Positions 52,224-62,946 of a stretch of 64,000 nucleotides of DNA are shown here, in pieces. Each line of letters opens with the position of its first letter. The first letter of the stretch is position 1. The notes beneath the pieces are model-generated. The model saw only the letters and a list, made by a program, of their open reading frames with translations. It made no database searches and was not told the origin of the DNA. The stretch is from Schizochytrium sp. TIO01 (taxonomy: Eukaryota; Protista; Bigyra: Labyrinthulomycetes). The translations under genes were made by a program, and so were the position numbers. The stretch lies in contig SMSO01000037.1 in the NCBI GenBank assembly GCA_004764695.1, forward strand, positions 2,394,747-2,458,746, given 5' to 3'.

Positions 52224-54296
52224 ATGACACCCAACGTAAGCTCAAATCTGGTTTCTGCACATGGTTCCAGCACCTCGCAGCGTAAACTCGCTGTGGCTGC
52301 GGTCCTGATGACTGTAGCTGTAGCCGCTGTGTCAGTGAACGGCGACTCGTGCACATCCACGCAGCTCTCGTGCGTAAGCTCTGCGCAGAGTGTCCTCTCT
52401 ACATTCCAAGACGATTCATCTGAAAGACCAGGAGCCGTATGCTTGGGATTCACAGACGCCTTCGCGCAACTGGCCTCTTGCGTGGGCGCAACAGGCTGCG
52501 ATGGTGCTGACCTCTCTGATAGCAAGGCCGCCTGCCTTGCACTCAACACGTCAGACTCAAACTGCTTCGTGGATTGCTCAGCGATCGCCACCAGCCTGAA
52601 TGCCCTTGACGAAAACGCAGACGACGCTGCCGCTTGCGAATTCGCCGACTACAACAACGACACATTTGGCCTCTTTCCTGGCGCCACCTTCAATGGTCGT
52701 CAGGCCTCCACATCTCTTCAGAGCTCTTCAAATGGAGAAGTCGGATCTGACTTCTCCACCCTCTGGGCCCTCAGTGACGAAGGTTTGCAAGGCGGAGCTC
52801 CAGTTGAAACCACCGCAGGCGACCTTGTTGTGCCAACAGCCTCGAACGAACTCATCTGCGTTGATGCTCGCGGTAACGAGCTGTGGACTTTTACACCAAT
52901 CTCCGCTGAAGACTCCGAAACCATCTCTTTCGTGGGCCAGCCCATTGTAACTGTCCGTGGTGAAATCGTCATTGGTGATGAGAATGGAATCCTCTACCGC
53001 ATCGACGAGACTTCCGGAGATCTTGTGGCGGCCTACAACCTTGGTGGCAAGCTCACCGCTACACCTGTGGCCTCCCGCGATTACATTTTTGCTTCTTCCA
53101 GAGGCACCCCAGGCATTGCGTCCACTTTGCATAAACTGTCCGCGGTGAGTGATGACGAAACTGAGGCCTCGGATGCAGGACTCGCAACCTGGCGCCAACC
53201 GGTCTGCGACCACAACGATACTCGTCTCGACTGGCCTGCGGGAGCTCTATCGCTTACCTCAGATGGCCGCGTTGTTCTTGCCTGCACATGGAACGGTTAC
53301 GTTGATGTCTATGATGGTACGACCGGAGAACTGCTTTCCTCGACTCAAGTCAACTTCAACTCCACTCGCGATGTCACCACAGTAGGGGTTTACGGTCCTG
53401 CTTTGATCGATGCGAATGATGCAATTTATGTAACAGTCCCCCAGGGAGGTCTCGTAAAGCTTCTCAATGAGACTGACGGCGCCAGCATCGTGTACAACGA
53501 AACAGGAGTCTTTGATGATGACGTTGCTGGAAACCTCGCCATCAACAGCGATCTCATGGTGGGCTATGCTCTTGATGAATCTGGGCGCCTCTACAGTATT
53601 AGCCTTTCAAACGGCACTGTCCTTCAATCCACTTCGGGAGCTGTGGCTGACATCTCGGACTCCACAGTGGTGGCACCAGTCATCGATGCCTCTGGAAATG
53701 TTGCTGTGGCTGTCGGCTCCAAGGTGGTCATTTTCGACAGCGACCTCAACCAGATCTCTAGCACCGATATTGGCAGCGTAGCAGTAGCGTCGCCCGTCAT
53801 TGCACAAGGAACCCTCCTCATATCCGCCAAGTCTAGTGCTCTTACTCAAGTCGGTTCGTATCTTGTCTATGTTCCCACTTCAGCTCCTACTCAGACTCCC
53901 ACTGCAGCCCCGACAGTGACTGACAGTCCTACTCTTTCACCGACTGCTGCTCCCACCACGACCAATGGCGAGGTCCCCCCTACCTCGGCACCGACTCGTG
54001 CTCCGACTGAACCCAAGGACCCAGAAGAGCCTGTAGCCTCTGATAGCGGCAGCAGTTCTAAATGGCCTGCTTCTGCTATTGCTGTCGTTTGTATCCTGGC
54101 CATTCTCGATGCAGCCCTGCTCACAGCTATCTTGATTGTGGCCTTCCGCAGAAAGAATGACGTTGCCACCGACGCCAAGGATTCTAAGAATTACTCCAAC
54201 AGTCAGGGATCCCTGCCGGGCTCTAGCCCAATCCAATCCACCGCCTCCAGCCCAACCGGTGCTGAGGCGGCCAAATACGAGCTTGCTCAGGCTTGA
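52224..54296 (+). CDS. Type I membrane protein, 690 aa: signal peptide, Cys-rich domain, PQQ/BamB-like beta-propeller, Pro/Thr stalk, TM helix, short cytosolic tail
   Basis: Signal LAVAAVLMTVAVAAVSVNG|D. Eight Cys at about aa 43-118. Propeller-blade motifs LICVDARGNELWTF, GDENGILYRIDETSG, GYVDVYDGTTGELL, APVIDASGNV and SPVIAQGTLLI. PTSAPT/PTAAPT repeats. TM segment AIAVVCILAILDAALLTAILIVAF followed by RRK. Confidence 0.88.
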   Translation: MTPNVSSNLVSAHGSSTSQRKLAVAAVLMTVAVAAVSVNGDSCTSTQLSCVSSAQSVLSTFQDDSSERPGAVCLGFTDAFAQLASCVGATGCDGADLSDSKAACLALNTSDSNCFVDCSAIATSLNALDENADDAAACEFADYNNDTFGLFPGATFNGRQASTSLQSSSNGEVGSDFSTLWALSDEGLQGGAPVETTAGDLVVPTASNELICVDARGNELWTFTPISAEDSETISFVGQPIVTVRGEIVIGDENGILYRIDETSGDLVAAYNLGGKLTATPVASRDYIFASSRGTPGIASTLHKLSAVSDDETEASDAGLATWRQPVCDHNDTRLDWPAGALSLTSDGRVVLACTWNGYVDVYDGTTGELLSSTQVNFNSTRDVTTVGVYGPALIDANDAIYVTVPQGGLVKLLNETDGASIVYNETGVFDDDVAGNLAINSDLMVGYALDESGRLYSISLSNGTVLQSTSGAVADISDSTVVAPVIDASGNVAVAVGSKVVIFDSDLNQISSTDIGSVAVASPVIAQGTLLISAKSSALTQVGSYLVYVPTSAPTQTPTAAPTVTDSPTLSPTAAPTTTNGEVPPTSAPTRAPTEPKDPEEPVASDSGSSSKWPASAIAVVCILAILDAALLTAILIVAFRRKNDVATDAKDSKNYSNSQGSLPGSSPIQSTASSPTGAEAAKYELAQA

Positions 54297-54852
54297 TAAG
54301 CCCCAACCCAACATTTATACACATACACATGCAAATCCCCCCCTTCATCATCCACCTCAACTCTACTGTTGTTCTTGTTTTTTCATCTATACCACTCTGC
54401 ACATATACATTCGTACCTGTGAGTCTGTTTCGACCGCTATTTTGACCTTCTGGATTTTGATATAAAATATATTTAGTATATACTCAACACTTCTCTCACG
54501 CAATGTTGTTGGTATAGTTTATCTTGTCTTTGCTTCGGTGCCCGCATGCAAATCTAATTATCTTTGGAAAAGTAAAAATAAAATAATCTGCTGTTGTTTT
54601 CTCAAGAATGCAGACAAAGACAGGAAAGACGAAGAAAAATTCATGCACGAATTGAAGTTATTCTATGAAATCGGTTTTGGGGCGGGTTAAATTCTAGTTT
54701 CTAGACACACTGACATACACACGTAACATGGTATGTCACACAATACAAGAGGTCTGCTCCTAACAAGTTCAGAGGTGCCCACATGTGGCAGTTTAACTCA
54801 TGTTAGTGAGGCTTGTTCTCAAGCTCAGAGTCCTACATGATGTACTTGTTTA

Positions 54853-56421
54853 TTAATGATCCTCCATCTTATCACTGGAGTGACCATTCGCAGCATGCGG
54901 GGGCTGCTGCTGCTGCTGCTGCTGCTGTGGGGGTTGCTGCCAGTAGTTCATCTGCTGAGCGTAAAAGGGCGTCGCTGGGGTTTGAGGCATGCCATAGTTA
55001 GGCTGCATATGAGGCTGATGCTGCATGTGCTGCTGATGTTGCTGAGGTGACATCATATCAGGGACAGGACCGTAGGCGCCCGAGAACATATTGGGTGCCT
55101 GGCCATAACCAAAGGCTTGTTGCCCTTGCGGCTGTGGAGGGTAGAAACCGTGACCGTGCGGCGCTTGCGGTGGAAATCCTCCTTGAGGCGGCTGACCATA
55201 CATGTAATGTCCGCCACCGTACGCTGCGTGAGCAGGGTATGCGGGAGGCGGAGCAAACCCACCACGGCCTCCACCGCGACCATTGTGGTGCCTGCGCCCT
55301 GCATGGTTACCATGACCACGGCGAGAGCCACGGCCGCCACCAGAGTGATGGTGATTTCCACCATTGTGGTTATCACGACCACGGCGACGTGAAGGTGGTG
55401 CATTGCCGGGAGGAATAACATAGTTGGGGCTAGAATCAGCAGGTACACCTTCCTTAGCTCCGTTTGCATTTGGATTCTTTTGAGAGCGGCGTGCAGCACG
55501 AATACGTTGTTTGGCCTTCATTTCCTCCTCGTCATCACTATAGTCGAGCTCCTCTTCATCAACCTCTTCGTCGTGCATGTTTGAAGCATCCGAGCCACGC
55601 GTGTCGAGGGCTGCAACGTTAACGTGCTTACCGTGGCGCATGACTACGTAAAGCTCTGTTCCTTCGTCTACTGGCACGCGATAAGACTGGCTAGCATCTT
55701 CGCCGGCACTCACCACGTCCATATGGCGTACAACATAAAAAGGTTTTACCACAGGGCCAAAAACCTCTTCAACACGGCCTACAAGCTTGCGTTCTTTGGT
55801 GCAGATGACACTATCAATGTCCACGGGATTTACTTCTGCGTCGTCGCTCGGTGGTAATGCAATGACCACCACAGCACCTCGGAACTCGGCCTTATTGATT
55901 ACCTTGCCAAATCTCTCGATATTATCGTCCTCTTTCACATCCACAGGAAGGGGATCCAAAGCAACTTCTGTCGGGGTCTTTTCGTTTGTAGTGCGAGGTC
56001 CAAATGCAGAACCAGAGTTGTTGCCATCTTCATCCATTTCGTCGCCCTCAAACCGCTTGATCTTGGCCTGCGCCTCCTCAAGGGTGTCTCCATCCGCTGG
56101 CATGCGGTCGTCATCATCATCATCAGAATCCGAAGAATCCGAAGAGGAAGAAGAAGACGAGGCCTTCGAGTCTGCACGTTCTCGGTTCTGCACTGCAGTC
56201 GAGTCCGTGCCTGCCTCTTCTACCTCGGGTTTGGCTCCTTCTGGCGCGGCACTCGTTGCGACGCCAGTGGTTCCTGGCGCATCTTCGGCGTCAATCATGG
56301 CGTCTTCAGGTGCCGGAGGTGCAGTAGGGGCGGAAGAACTGTGTTCCTCAGTGCCGCGTGCGGCCTCTGCTGCAGCCAGAAGGCCAGCGCCATCCACTTG
56401 CATAGTGCCGTCGTCAGCCAT
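54853..56421 (-). CDS. NAF1: H/ACA RNP assembly factor Naf1 (Gar1/Naf1 domain), 522 aa
   Basis: Gar1/Naf1 core DIDSVIC..RKLVGRVEEVFGPVVKPFYVVR. Naf1-typical GSDASNMHDEEV..DYSDDEEE motif. Acidic/Ser-rich N-terminus and RG/Pro-rich C-terminus. Confidence 0.9.
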   Translation of the reverse strand: MADDGTMQVDGAGLLAAAEAARGTEEHSSSAPTAPPAPEDAMIDAEDAPGTTGVATSAAPEGAKPEVEEAGTDSTAVQNRERADSKASSSSSSSDSSDSDDDDDDRMPADGDTLEEAQAKIKRFEGDEMDEDGNNSGSAFGPRTTNEKTPTEVALDPLPVDVKEDDNIERFGKVINKAEFRGAVVVIALPPSDDAEVNPVDIDSVICTKERKLVGRVEEVFGPVVKPFYVVRHMDVVSAGEDASQSYRVPVDEGTELYVVMRHGKHVNVAALDTRGSDASNMHDEEVDEEELDYSDDEEEMKAKQRIRAARRSQKNPNANGAKEGVPADSSPNYVIPPGNAPPSRRRGRDNHNGGNHHHSGGGRGSRRGHGNHAGRRHHNGRGGGRGGFAPPPAYPAHAAYGGGHYMYGQPPQGGFPPQAPHGHGFYPPQPQGQQAFGYGQAPNMFSGAYGPVPDMMSPQQHQQHMQHQPHMQPNYGMPQTPATPFYAQQMNYWQQPPQQQQQQQQPPHAANGHSSDKMEDH

Positions 56422-57434
56422 TCTCGCTTCGCACTCAGAGTTTGGTTTTCCATTCTCCAGAGCCTGTCATCACTTATCCACCACTTCTTCTTTCTTCCCT
56501 TATGGTACTTTTGCGTTCCGCTATTGGTCCCTTTAATCCTCCATACAGTTAGACCGCTTTGCGGCGTTCCTCCGTTCTGCAATGTTCTGTTCCTGCCATG
56601 CGAGCCGATGTTCTGTTCTATTTACCGTTCCTAGCTACAAAGGAAAAGTCTTCTTTCTCGTTTTGCTGGAAGGCCGCGAGGCCTGCGCGTGCTGGCACCG
56701 GGCAGGCGTGTGCGGATCGATTGAGCTGCGTGCCTGCGTCGCAGGACAGCGCGTCTCCACGCCGCCTCACGTGCTCCTTCGCAGCGGCTCGCAGGTTCCG
56801 CGAGACCTTTCCACTCTGCTGCTGCGCGGCGATCTTGGATTTTCGCAAGATCTTCTGCTCTGCTTTCCTCTTTCATCTCTCCTGTTACCCCAAACGGCGT
56901 CATTATCTTTATCATTACGATTGCGGATATTGCCACGAACTCAACTCACGAGAGCAGAAATTGCAGTCGATGGACGCTGCGATGTCCTCTTTCTCCTCCG
57001 TAGTAACCTGCGAATTCCAGGAATGGGTCTCCACCGCCTCGGAGAAATGCAAGCCGTCTGAGGCGTCCGAGAACTCCACCCCCGAAAGTCGCTGACGATG
57101 TCGATGATGCCGCTGACGGCGATTCGCTCAACTTTGCTCGTTTTTATCAGCGCCCTTTAACCTCTTTCGACGAAGACACACATACATCACCGCCAGCACA
57201 AACGAATTGAACGAAGTACAATCCTCAGGTTCGACGCAAGCCCGCGAAGCTCTGCTTCAGCGCCCCGCAAGAACCGCGCTGCCAGCTCGCTCTTGCCTGC
57301 TTGCTTGCTCAGCCCCACAACTTGAGGCGAAGCTCGACCGAAGGCAGGTCGCCGCCCAGCGAGCCCTTCAGCGGCGCCTTCAGCGCGGCGCAATCTGATC
57401 AGCCGTGGTTGCCGTAAGCTTTGGACCTCATGCC

Positions 57435-57555
57435 GAATGATGTTTGAATGATGTTTGAATGATGTTTGAATGATATTTGAATGATGTTTGAATGATGTTT
57501 GAATGATATTTGAATCATGTTTGAATCATGTTTGAATCATGTTTGAATCATGTTT
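57435..57555 (+). repeat. 11-bp minisatellite, 11 copies (GAAT[G/C]AT[G/A]TTT), between divergent NAF1 and fumarase genes
   Basis: Unit order A,A,A,B,A,A,B,C,C,C,C where A=gaatgatgttt, B=gaatgatattt, C=gaatcatgttt. Confidence 0.95.
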
Positions 57556-57924
57556 GAACGAGCGATTGAGGAGAGAAAGAAATCAACGAATGCCTCGAGA
57601 TAAGTAAAGGTTCAGCTGCTGGAGATCGAGAGGGAGGATCATACAGTAGAGTATGCGCAAGCACACAGTGGAGAATGGGGCCCGCAAGTGAAACATATCT
57701 TTGCTCAAAGTAGAGAAAGAGCGCTGCAAGTCGGACTCTCCAGGGCGCCGCAGCTTGGGGAGGCAAACACCAAACGCGGAGGAGGTCTGTGGAATAAGGA
57801 AGCAACTGCGGCGGCTTTCCTGGGTTGTTCCGTGCCGGTTCCGAAGGTCCTGAGAGTGAGAAGCTCTGATCTGTGTGATTGTCAGGATTGTTAGAGAGAT
57901 TGATTGAGGGAGGACACCGCCAAG

Positions 57925-59496
57925 ATGCAATCCATTGTAGCGAGAGGATCGAGAGGTCTCGCGAGCACAGGCGCACGCGGTCAGGAGCAGGTTTGGCAAA
58001 AATCGTCGGCAGGCCTGATGTTGCGACAGTATAGCAGTTATGGTCTTGGAGACCGCAAGCATCACGGCTACAAAGATGCTCAGGATGAAGGGGAGATGCG
58101 CACGGAGTCCGACTCCATGGGCAAGATTCAGGTACCTGCGAACAAACTCTGGGGAGCACAGACACAGCGATCCCGTATGAACTTTCCCATTGATCCTCAA
58201 TACTCACGCATGCCCGCAGAAATTGTGCATGCTCTGGCACTCGTCAAGCTTTCATGTGCTCGCTACAATGTTGCAGAAGGCAAGATCGACGAGAAGCTCG
58301 GAAGTGCCATCATGGAAGCAGCGAAGGAGGTTATCGACGGCAAGCTTGACGATCACTTCCCGCTTGTGATTTACCAAACAGGTTCTGGAACTCAAACCAA
58401 CATGAACGTGAACGAGGTCATCTCGAACCGAGCCATCCAGCTCCTCGGTGGGGAAGTTGGCTCCAAAAAGCCCGTGCATCCAAACGATCATGTTAACATG
58501 GGTCAGAGCAGTAATGATAGCTTCCCGACTGCCATGCACATTGCCTGCGTCAAGGTTATGGACAGCTCTACGCTCCCGGGCCTAGCCACGCTGCGTGATG
58601 CCCTCGAGGTGAAGTCTAATGACTTCATGGACATTATCAAGACCGGCCGTACCCACACCCAAGACGCAACTCCGCTCTCTCTTGGGCAGGAACTTTCCGG
58701 ATATCTCACCCAGGTCGAATACGGCATGGCACGTGTAGAGCACTCCATGGAGAGCCTCTACAAGCTTGCACTCGGCGGCACTGCTGTCGGCACTGGCCTC
58801 AACACCACCGTAGGCTACGACAAGCGCATCGCAGAGATTATCGCCAAGGAGTCTGGATTCCCATTCATTACTGCGCCCAATAAATTCGAAGCCCTTGCAG
58901 CCCACGATGCACTTGTAGAGGCGAGCGGTGCTCTGAACACAGTCGCGGCTTCTCTGTTCAAAATTGCTAATGATGTTCGTCTTCTGGCCAGTGGACCGCG
59001 ATGTGGTATTGGCGAGCTGAACCTCCCGGCCAATGAACCCGGAAGCTCCATTATGCCAGGCAAGGTCAACCCAACACAGTGTGAGGCCCTCACAATGGCA
59101 TGCGTAAGAGTCATGGGTAACCATAGTACCATCACAATTGCAGGTTCTCAGGGACAATTTGAGCTCAACGTCTTCAAGCCCATTATGGCTGCCACTTTAA
59201 TTGAGTCTGCTCGTATTCTTGGTGATGCGGCTGCGTCCTTTGCAGAGCGCTGCATTGAAGGCCTTGAACCGAACCTACCTAAAATTGAAGAGCATCTCCA
59301 GAACTCGCTCATGCTCGTTACCGCTCTGAGCCCTGTTATTGGATACGATAACTCCTCCAAGATTGCAAAGGATGCCTACAAGAATGGTACCACTCTCCGT
59401 GAAGAGGCCCTCAAGGGTGGATACCTTAGTGCTGAAGAGTTTGACGAGCACGTTGACCCTTCCAAGATGATTGCCCCTTCACCCGCTGAGAACTAG
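57925..59496 (+). CDS. FUM1: Class II fumarate hydratase with a mitochondrial presequence, 523 aa
   Basis: Motifs [40 protein letters not shown] and the signature [11 protein letters not shown]. The first ATG (CAAG ATG, 57925) follows an in-frame TGA at 57901. The Arg/Ser-rich presequence has an RQY|SS cleavage-like motif. Confidence 0.97.
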   Translation: MQSIVARGSRGLASTGARGQEQVWQKSSAGLMLRQYSSYGLGDRKHHGYKDAQDEGEMRTESDSMGKIQVPANKLWGAQTQRSRMNFPIDPQYSRMPAEIVHALALVKLSCARYNVAEGKIDEKLGSAIMEAAKEVIDGKLDDHFPLVIYQTGSGTQTNMNVNEVISNRAIQLLGGEVGSKKPVHPNDHVNMGQSSNDSFPTAMHIACVKVMDSSTLPGLATLRDALEVKSNDFMDIIKTGRTHTQDATPLSLGQELSGYLTQVEYGMARVEHSMESLYKLALGGTAVGTGLNTTVGYDKRIAEIIAKESGFPFITAPNKFEALAAHDALVEASGALNTVAASLFKIANDVRLLASGPRCGIGELNLPANEPGSSIMPGKVNPTQCEALTMACVRVMGNHSTITIAGSQGQFELNVFKPIMAATLIESARILGDAAASFAERCIEGLEPNLPKIEEHLQNSLMLVTALSPVIGYDNSSKIAKDAYKNGTTLREEALKGGYLSAEEFDEHVDPSKMIAPSPAEN

Positions 59497-60540
59497 ACAT
59501 CATTTCCAATACGTAGATTTAGCATAGATTAACTACAACAGCTCGAAAAACTATTTTCGTATTCCGCTCCCCAAATTTTTGTGTGAATACAAACACTCTC
59601 AAGATCTTTGTCCAGGGCACTTCTTGTCTACCTTTTCCATGCACAAAACAAATCGGGTTTTCTGAAGGAATGCCCCAGAATATGCTAAAGCAGTGTTCTT
59701 TCGAGGTGATTCGAACAAATAATGGCAAGTAAGTTGATTCTAGAGCCTAGATTCTCAGTGTCCTACTTTCAACATGCAGCTTCCGTGCTCTCCACAACGC
59801 CGCTACGCTGAGCATCGGACCCTGTTCCGTCTTCCAATGAAGCAAGTCACAAGTATGGCAAGTCAGGAAGCTCTGACTGTTAACGAGATGATAATGTTAA
59901 TCATTACATCAAACAAAGAAATCATTACTTACTTCCCCGTACTAGTTTTGCTGACTTTGGGCTGTCAAGTCTTCATTTTCTATCTCTAGAGAGACCAGCG
60001 ATAACCGCAGGCAGATCCATAGATAACGTGAGTTCTCGCGATTGAATTGCACCCGACTAGGTAATGGGCTCGAGTGCTCAGAGGTACAGTACTAGGCAAA
60101 ACCAGATTGCGACAGGGACTTCCTTTTGATGATGCTTTCATACAATCTAGAACTAGTAAGTAAATAGTAAACCTACCTAATACGTTTAAAATTAAAATTA
60201 AAAGTTTAGAATTTTTAATTTTTTTTTAATTGAAAAAGGGACTGCAATCAATTCAATCTCGTCGAGTCACGGTTGTCAAAAAATCGTAAACAGTAGCTAA
60301 ACGACGAAGAAACGACGATTGACTCAGCTCAATCACTACTGGAAGAAGGCTTCAAAGCACAAGCAGCGCGGAAACTAGCGTAACAAGAGCTCGAGAAGCC
60401 CCCTTAGGCTACAGAGTTGAGTTGAACGAACGACTGAGTGACGCGTTTCTTGTCCAGTACTGAGCAGCCAACAGCAGTTCTTGCAAAAAGCGACGTACAG
60501 TGTATAGACGGAAATATATACCAAAGGCCACGTGCAAAAG

Positions 60541-62532
60541 ATGCCCGCAATGAACTCGCAACGCGTACAAAGTATGGTAAGACGCATCATCAGGTTTATG
60601 TGGATGCTGGTATACTTTTCGTCAAGGTATGGCATGCACGCCTTACTCTATGTAACAAAACATATGGCTTTTCTGCGCCGCGAGATTCGTCGTGGGCTTC
60701 TGAGACCATTGCAGAGAATCTACGCAACATCGCAAGCGAAATTCCGCAACCTGCCTCCAGCAATCTACCCGTTAACCTCCTGCATTGATGTGGAGACAGA
60801 AACTTCTGATGGCGTGATCCTCCATGGAACGCTATATGTACCATTTCCGGCAAACGACAACGACCCGGACGCGCGACCCAGCCTCAACGAGTTGAACGGC
60901 GAACACAAATTCTCTACAATCATGGTTCGTACGCCGTATGGGCGGCATTCTCTTGGTCCAGAGTGGGCCCGCATCTTCGCCGAACGAGGGTTTGCTGTGA
61001 TTATACAGGATACACGCGGCAGATTTGGCAGTGGCGGGGACTTTTTTCCAGTAAAACATGAGGTTAAAGACGGTGGAGAGACCATTGAGTGGATTCGCAA
61101 ACAGCCTTGGTCTAATGGAAAAGTCTCACTCTTTGGCGTATCCTACCTTGGTCTTACAACTTATGCCGCGGCAGGTAGTAGTTCAGGCCATCATGTCTCC
61201 GCTATGGTACCTGTCATGACTGGAGCAAGAGCATTTGGCATTATTTTCCACCGCAACTCAGGAACTTTAGCATTGGACCTCGTCCTGCGCTGGCTTTGGC
61301 TCGCTATGAAACTCATGAATACTCCCAATATCATCAAATTCTGGTTCCCTGCCTTGCAGCAAGAACTCAAACAATCTTTCATTGATGCCCCACTGCATAC
61401 GCAGGACGAAAAGTTAATCGGGCAGCGTCTAGGTTTCTTGCAAGATGCCATTCGCGCAACCGATGTTGAACATGAATTTTGGGCTGACAAAGATGTTTTG
61501 TGTAACATGAAAAAACAGTCTCGTCCACCCGCACATATCATTGGTGGCTGGTATGACTTTTTTCTCAAGCAATCGTTCGAAGACTTTGAATGGGCTTCCC
61601 AACACGGCGATAAAACTTGCCGCATGACAGTTGGAACCTGGAAACATTGGCATTTTATGAATTACAGCACTGTAGCCCTCAGCATTGCTCTTGATTGGTT
61701 CCAACGCTATATGGAAAATCATGACTCTTCACAAGGGACTGATGAGCATGCAATTCATGTTGCCATTATTGGGACTTCACCAACTCGATGGTGCTCTTTT
61801 GATAGCTGGCCCCCAAAGGTTGCCAGCACCACATCCTGGCCCCTCAAGCGAATGATCACTGCTACCAATACAATTGGTTCATCGAACAATGGATCCTTTT
61901 CCTTTCACCAATACGATCCTAATGACCCCACACCATATTGTGGGGGACCTTCATTTGACCCTTTCAATTCCGGTCGCAAGGATCAGTCATCCCTTGAGGC
62001 ACGCTCCGATGTACTCGTATTTTCTTCAATGGCACTGACTGATTCAATGTACATTTGTGGAGATGTTTATGTGGAACTGCATGCCCAATCAAACAACCCG
62101 CACACTGACTTTTTCCTAAAGCTTTGCCAAGTCGCAGCACCGTCTCCTTGGTCGGGTACTACCCAAAGTTTCAACCTCACTGAAGATCTCGCGCGTTTTG
62201 GCCCTGATGATTGGGACGGTCAACAGACTGATGAAAATGGCACAACATGGTACGAGCTCAAGGGTAGACGCATCAAAGTTGGCCCTATTGCAGCCCGCTA
62301 TGGTCAGGGTACCCGTGTGCGTCTGCAAATATCTGGCGGCGCACACCCCTTATATATGCGAAACTTTGGTACTGGTCATGACATTGCGGAGGCTGTGGAA
62401 ACATGCCCGGCTGATCATCGTGTCTTTCATGACACTAAGCTTTTGCTGCCGTTGATTGATGCTAGAGACGTCGAGCTCTACACTGATCTAAACCCTGCAT
62501 TCCCCGATCACGTCCCCGAGTACACTGATTAA
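60541..62532 (+). CDS. CocE/NonD family serine hydrolase (Peptidase S15 alpha/beta fold plus PepX_C-like C-terminal domain), ~663 aa
   Basis: Motifs RTPYGR and QDTRGRFGSGG. Nucleophile elbow GVSYLG, catalytic Asp in GGWYDFF, catalytic His in GTWKH. C-terminal YDPNDPTP..LEARSDVLVF. The first ATG is at 60541; the ORF track starts at GTG 60532. Confidence 0.92.
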   Translation: MPAMNSQRVQSMVRRIIRFMWMLVYFSSRYGMHALLYVTKHMAFLRREIRRGLLRPLQRIYATSQAKFRNLPPAIYPLTSCIDVETETSDGVILHGTLYVPFPANDNDPDARPSLNELNGEHKFSTIMVRTPYGRHSLGPEWARIFAERGFAVIIQDTRGRFGSGGDFFPVKHEVKDGGETIEWIRKQPWSNGKVSLFGVSYLGLTTYAAAGSSSGHHVSAMVPVMTGARAFGIIFHRNSGTLALDLVLRWLWLAMKLMNTPNIIKFWFPALQQELKQSFIDAPLHTQDEKLIGQRLGFLQDAIRATDVEHEFWADKDVLCNMKKQSRPPAHIIGGWYDFFLKQSFEDFEWASQHGDKTCRMTVGTWKHWHFMNYSTVALSIALDWFQRYMENHDSSQGTDEHAIHVAIIGTSPTRWCSFDSWPPKVASTTSWPLKRMITATNTIGSSNNGSFSFHQYDPNDPTPYCGGPSFDPFNSGRKDQSSLEARSDVLVFSSMALTDSMYICGDVYVELHAQSNNPHTDFFLKLCQVAAPSPWSGTTQSFNLTEDLARFGPDDWDGQQTDENGTTWYELKGRRIKVGPIAARYGQGTRVRLQISGGAHPLYMRNFGTGHDIAEAVETCPADHRVFHDTKLLLPLIDARDVELYTDLNPAFPDHVPEYTD

Positions 62533-62946
62533 AGAGTCCATTATATGTTACCTAATTCTGATCAGAACTGTCTTGATTTCAGCCCAGTTAGGGTCATTTA
62601 TAGCAAACGATTGCCTGGAGACGGTAGATAAATAAAAGCTTATCTCACATGGATTTAGAAACTTAAAACAAAAAAAGAAAAAGAAGGGCAATATGATGCC
62701 CATCTTACACATAGCCTCTCTTACCTCTTCTTTTTCTCTTCTATACCAAGAGGTTCACCCTGGCATCACAGCGACTACTGTATTCTGTTTAGAAAGAAGA
62801 TCTACATTTAGGGCATTCTACACACAACAAATATCTCGTTCAATCCTCATCGATGTTATAATACCAACCCGGATACATTGAGGAGCCTCTCGATTCCAAA
62901 TCAGAGTGCAATCCTCTATAAGAAAACACACAAGTGACATAACGAA

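Noticed and set aside
55787-56536. 249-aa + strand ORF
   Set aside because: It is the antisense shadow of NAF1 and has no independent coding features.
56559-57095. 178-aa and 159-aa ORFs upstream of NAF1
   Set aside because: GC-rich promoter/UTR DNA that is open in several frames, with no recognisable protein character.
57435-57555. Minisatellite considered as a CRISPR array or telomeric repeat
   Set aside because: It has no spacers or cas genes, the context is eukaryotic, it is not TTAGGG-like and it is internal.
57548-58240. 230-aa and 205-aa minus-strand ORFs
   Set aside because: They lie antisense to the fumarase 5' region and contain no motifs.
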